Assembly (NCBI GenBank): GCA_002269645.1
Contig: NIVC01000250.1
Coordinates: forward strand, 62,001 to 126,000
Length of the DNA: 64,000 nucleotides
Reading direction: 5' to 3'
Source: Macrostomum lignano
Taxonomy: Eukaryota
The notes under the pieces: generated by a model
What the model saw: the letters and a program-made list of their open reading frames with translations, nothing else
Database searches by the model: none
What the model was told of the DNA's origin: nothing
Made by a program: the position numbers and the translations under genes
Shown: positions 62,170 to 64,000 of the stretch, piece by piece
Position numbering within the stretch: the stretch's first letter is position 1
How the letters are laid out: each line of letters opens with the position of its first letter

Positions 62170-64000
62170 CTCTACCTTCATTTCACTCTCCCTTCATTTC
62201 ACTCTTACTTCATGTCACTCTCCTTTCTTGTCACTCTCCTTTCATGTCACTCTCCCTTCATGTCACTCTCCCTTCATGTCACTCTCCTTTCATGTCACTC
62301 TCCCTTCATGTCACTCTCCCTTCATGTCACTCGCCTTTCATTTCACTCTCCCTTCATGTCACTCTCCATTCATGTCACTCTTACTTCATGTCACTCTCCC
62401 TTCATGTCACTCTCCCTTCATGTCACTCTCCATTCATGTCACTCTACCTTCATGTCACTCTCCCTTCATGTCACTCTCCCTTCATGTCACTCTTACTTCA
62501 TGTCACTCTTACTTCATGTCACTCTCCTTTCATGTCACTCTCCATTCATGTCACTCTCCCTTCATGTAACTCTCCCTTCATGTCACTCTCCTTTCATGTC
62601 ACTCTCCCTTCATGTCACTCTCCCTTCATGTCACTCGCCTTTCATTTCACTCTCCCTTCATGTCACTCTCCCTTCATGTCACTCTCCTTTCATTTCACTC
62701 TCCCTTCATGTCACTCTCCATTCATGTCACTCTTACTTCATGTCACTCTCCGTTCATGTCACTCTCCCTTCATGTCACTCTCCCTTCATGTCACTCTCCG
62801 TTCATGTCACTCTTACTTCATGTCACTCTCCCTTCATGTCACTCTTACTTCATGTCACTCTTACTTCATGTCACTCTCCCTTCATGTCACTCTCCGTTCA
62901 TGTCACTCTCCCTTCATGTCACTCTCCCTTCATGTCACTCTCCCTTCATGTCACTCTCCTTTCATATCACTCTCCCTTCATGTCACTCTCCCTTCATGTC
63001 ACTCTCCACTCATGTCACTCTCCCTTCATGTCACTCTCCTTTCATTTCACTCTCCCTTCATGTCACTCTCCATTCATGTCACTCTTACTTCATGTCACTC
63101 TTACTTCATGTCACTCTCCCTTCATGTCACTCTCCATTCATGTCACTCTACCTTCATGTCACTCTCCCTTCATGTCACTCTTACTTCATGTCACTCTTAC
63201 TTCATGTCACTCTTACTTCATGTCACTCTTACTTCATGTCACTCTTACTTCATGTCACTCTCCGTTCATGTCACTCTCCCTTCATGTCACTCTCCCTTCA
63301 GGTCACTCTCCCTTCATGTCACTCTCCCTTCATGTCACTCTTACTTCATGTCACTCTTACTTCATGTCACTCTTACTTCATGTCACTCTCCCTTCATGTC
63401 ACTCTCCCTTTATGTCACTCTCCCTTCATGTCACTCTCCCTTCATGTCACTCTCCCTTCAGGTCACTCTCCCTTCATGTCACTCTCCCTTCAGGTCTCTC
63501 TCCCTTCATGCCACTCTCCCTTCATGTCACTCTCCTTTCATGTCACTCTCCCTTCATGTCACTCTCCCTTCATGTCACTCTCCTTTCATGTCACTCTCCC
63601 TTCATGTCACTCTCCCTTCATGTCACTCGCCTTTCATTTCACTCTCCCTTCATGTCACTCTCCATTCATGTCACTCTTACTTCATGTCACTCTTACTTCA
63701 TGTCACTCTCCCTTCATGTCACTCTCCATTCATGTCACTCTACCTTCATGTCACTCTCCCTTCATGTCACTCTCCCTTCATGTCACTCTTACTTCATGTC
63801 ACTCTTACTTCATGTCACTCTTACTTCATGTCACTCTCCCTTCATGTCACTCTCCGTTCATGTCACTCTCCCTTCATGTCACTCTCCCTTCATGTCACTC
63901 TCCTTTCATGTCACTCTCCCTTCATGTCACTCTCCCTTCATGTCACTCTCCACTCATGTCACTCTCCCTTCATGTCACTCTCCTTTCATTTCACTCTCCC
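62170..64000. repeat. 16-bp satellite (tcactctcccttcatg), runs off the window
   Basis: More than 110 tandem copies. Confidence 0.97.

Overview
Animal (invertebrate) genomic DNA. GC-rich exons with poly-Q/poly-A runs, innexin genes and introns packed with unrelated minisatellites resemble a flatworm such as Macrostomum; this is an inference, not proven. Five spliced host genes can be assembled by hand with consistent GT-AG phases: Sas-4/CENPJ (minus, 3' end outside the window), COX5B (minus), a GH35 beta-galactosidase GLB1 (plus, one apparent -1 frameshift in a G-run), a complete innexin and the first exon of a second innexin. Mobile DNA comprises the 3' end of a LINE, a 7-kb Ty3/Gypsy-type LTR element (about 1% LTR divergence, TSD TAAT, tRNA-Leu PBS), a near full-length but decayed RTE-clade LINE encoding a 2A-like ribosome-skipping peptide, a tRNA/CORE-like SINE and several MITE/foldback elements. 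The LTR element has no recognisable protease/RT/RNase H/integrase core, but keeps gag and a 371-aa extra ORF of unknown family that is split in frame by a nested LINE fragment. Roughly a third of the window is tandem repeat, and all the very long 'ORFs' in those arrays are artefacts. Best leads: the unknown cargo ORF of the non-autonomous LTR element, the 2A peptide, a minisatellite built from a CENPJ splice donor, an (ATCT)n array at the same intron position in both innexin paralogues, and a possible COX5B-CENPJ trans-spliced operon.
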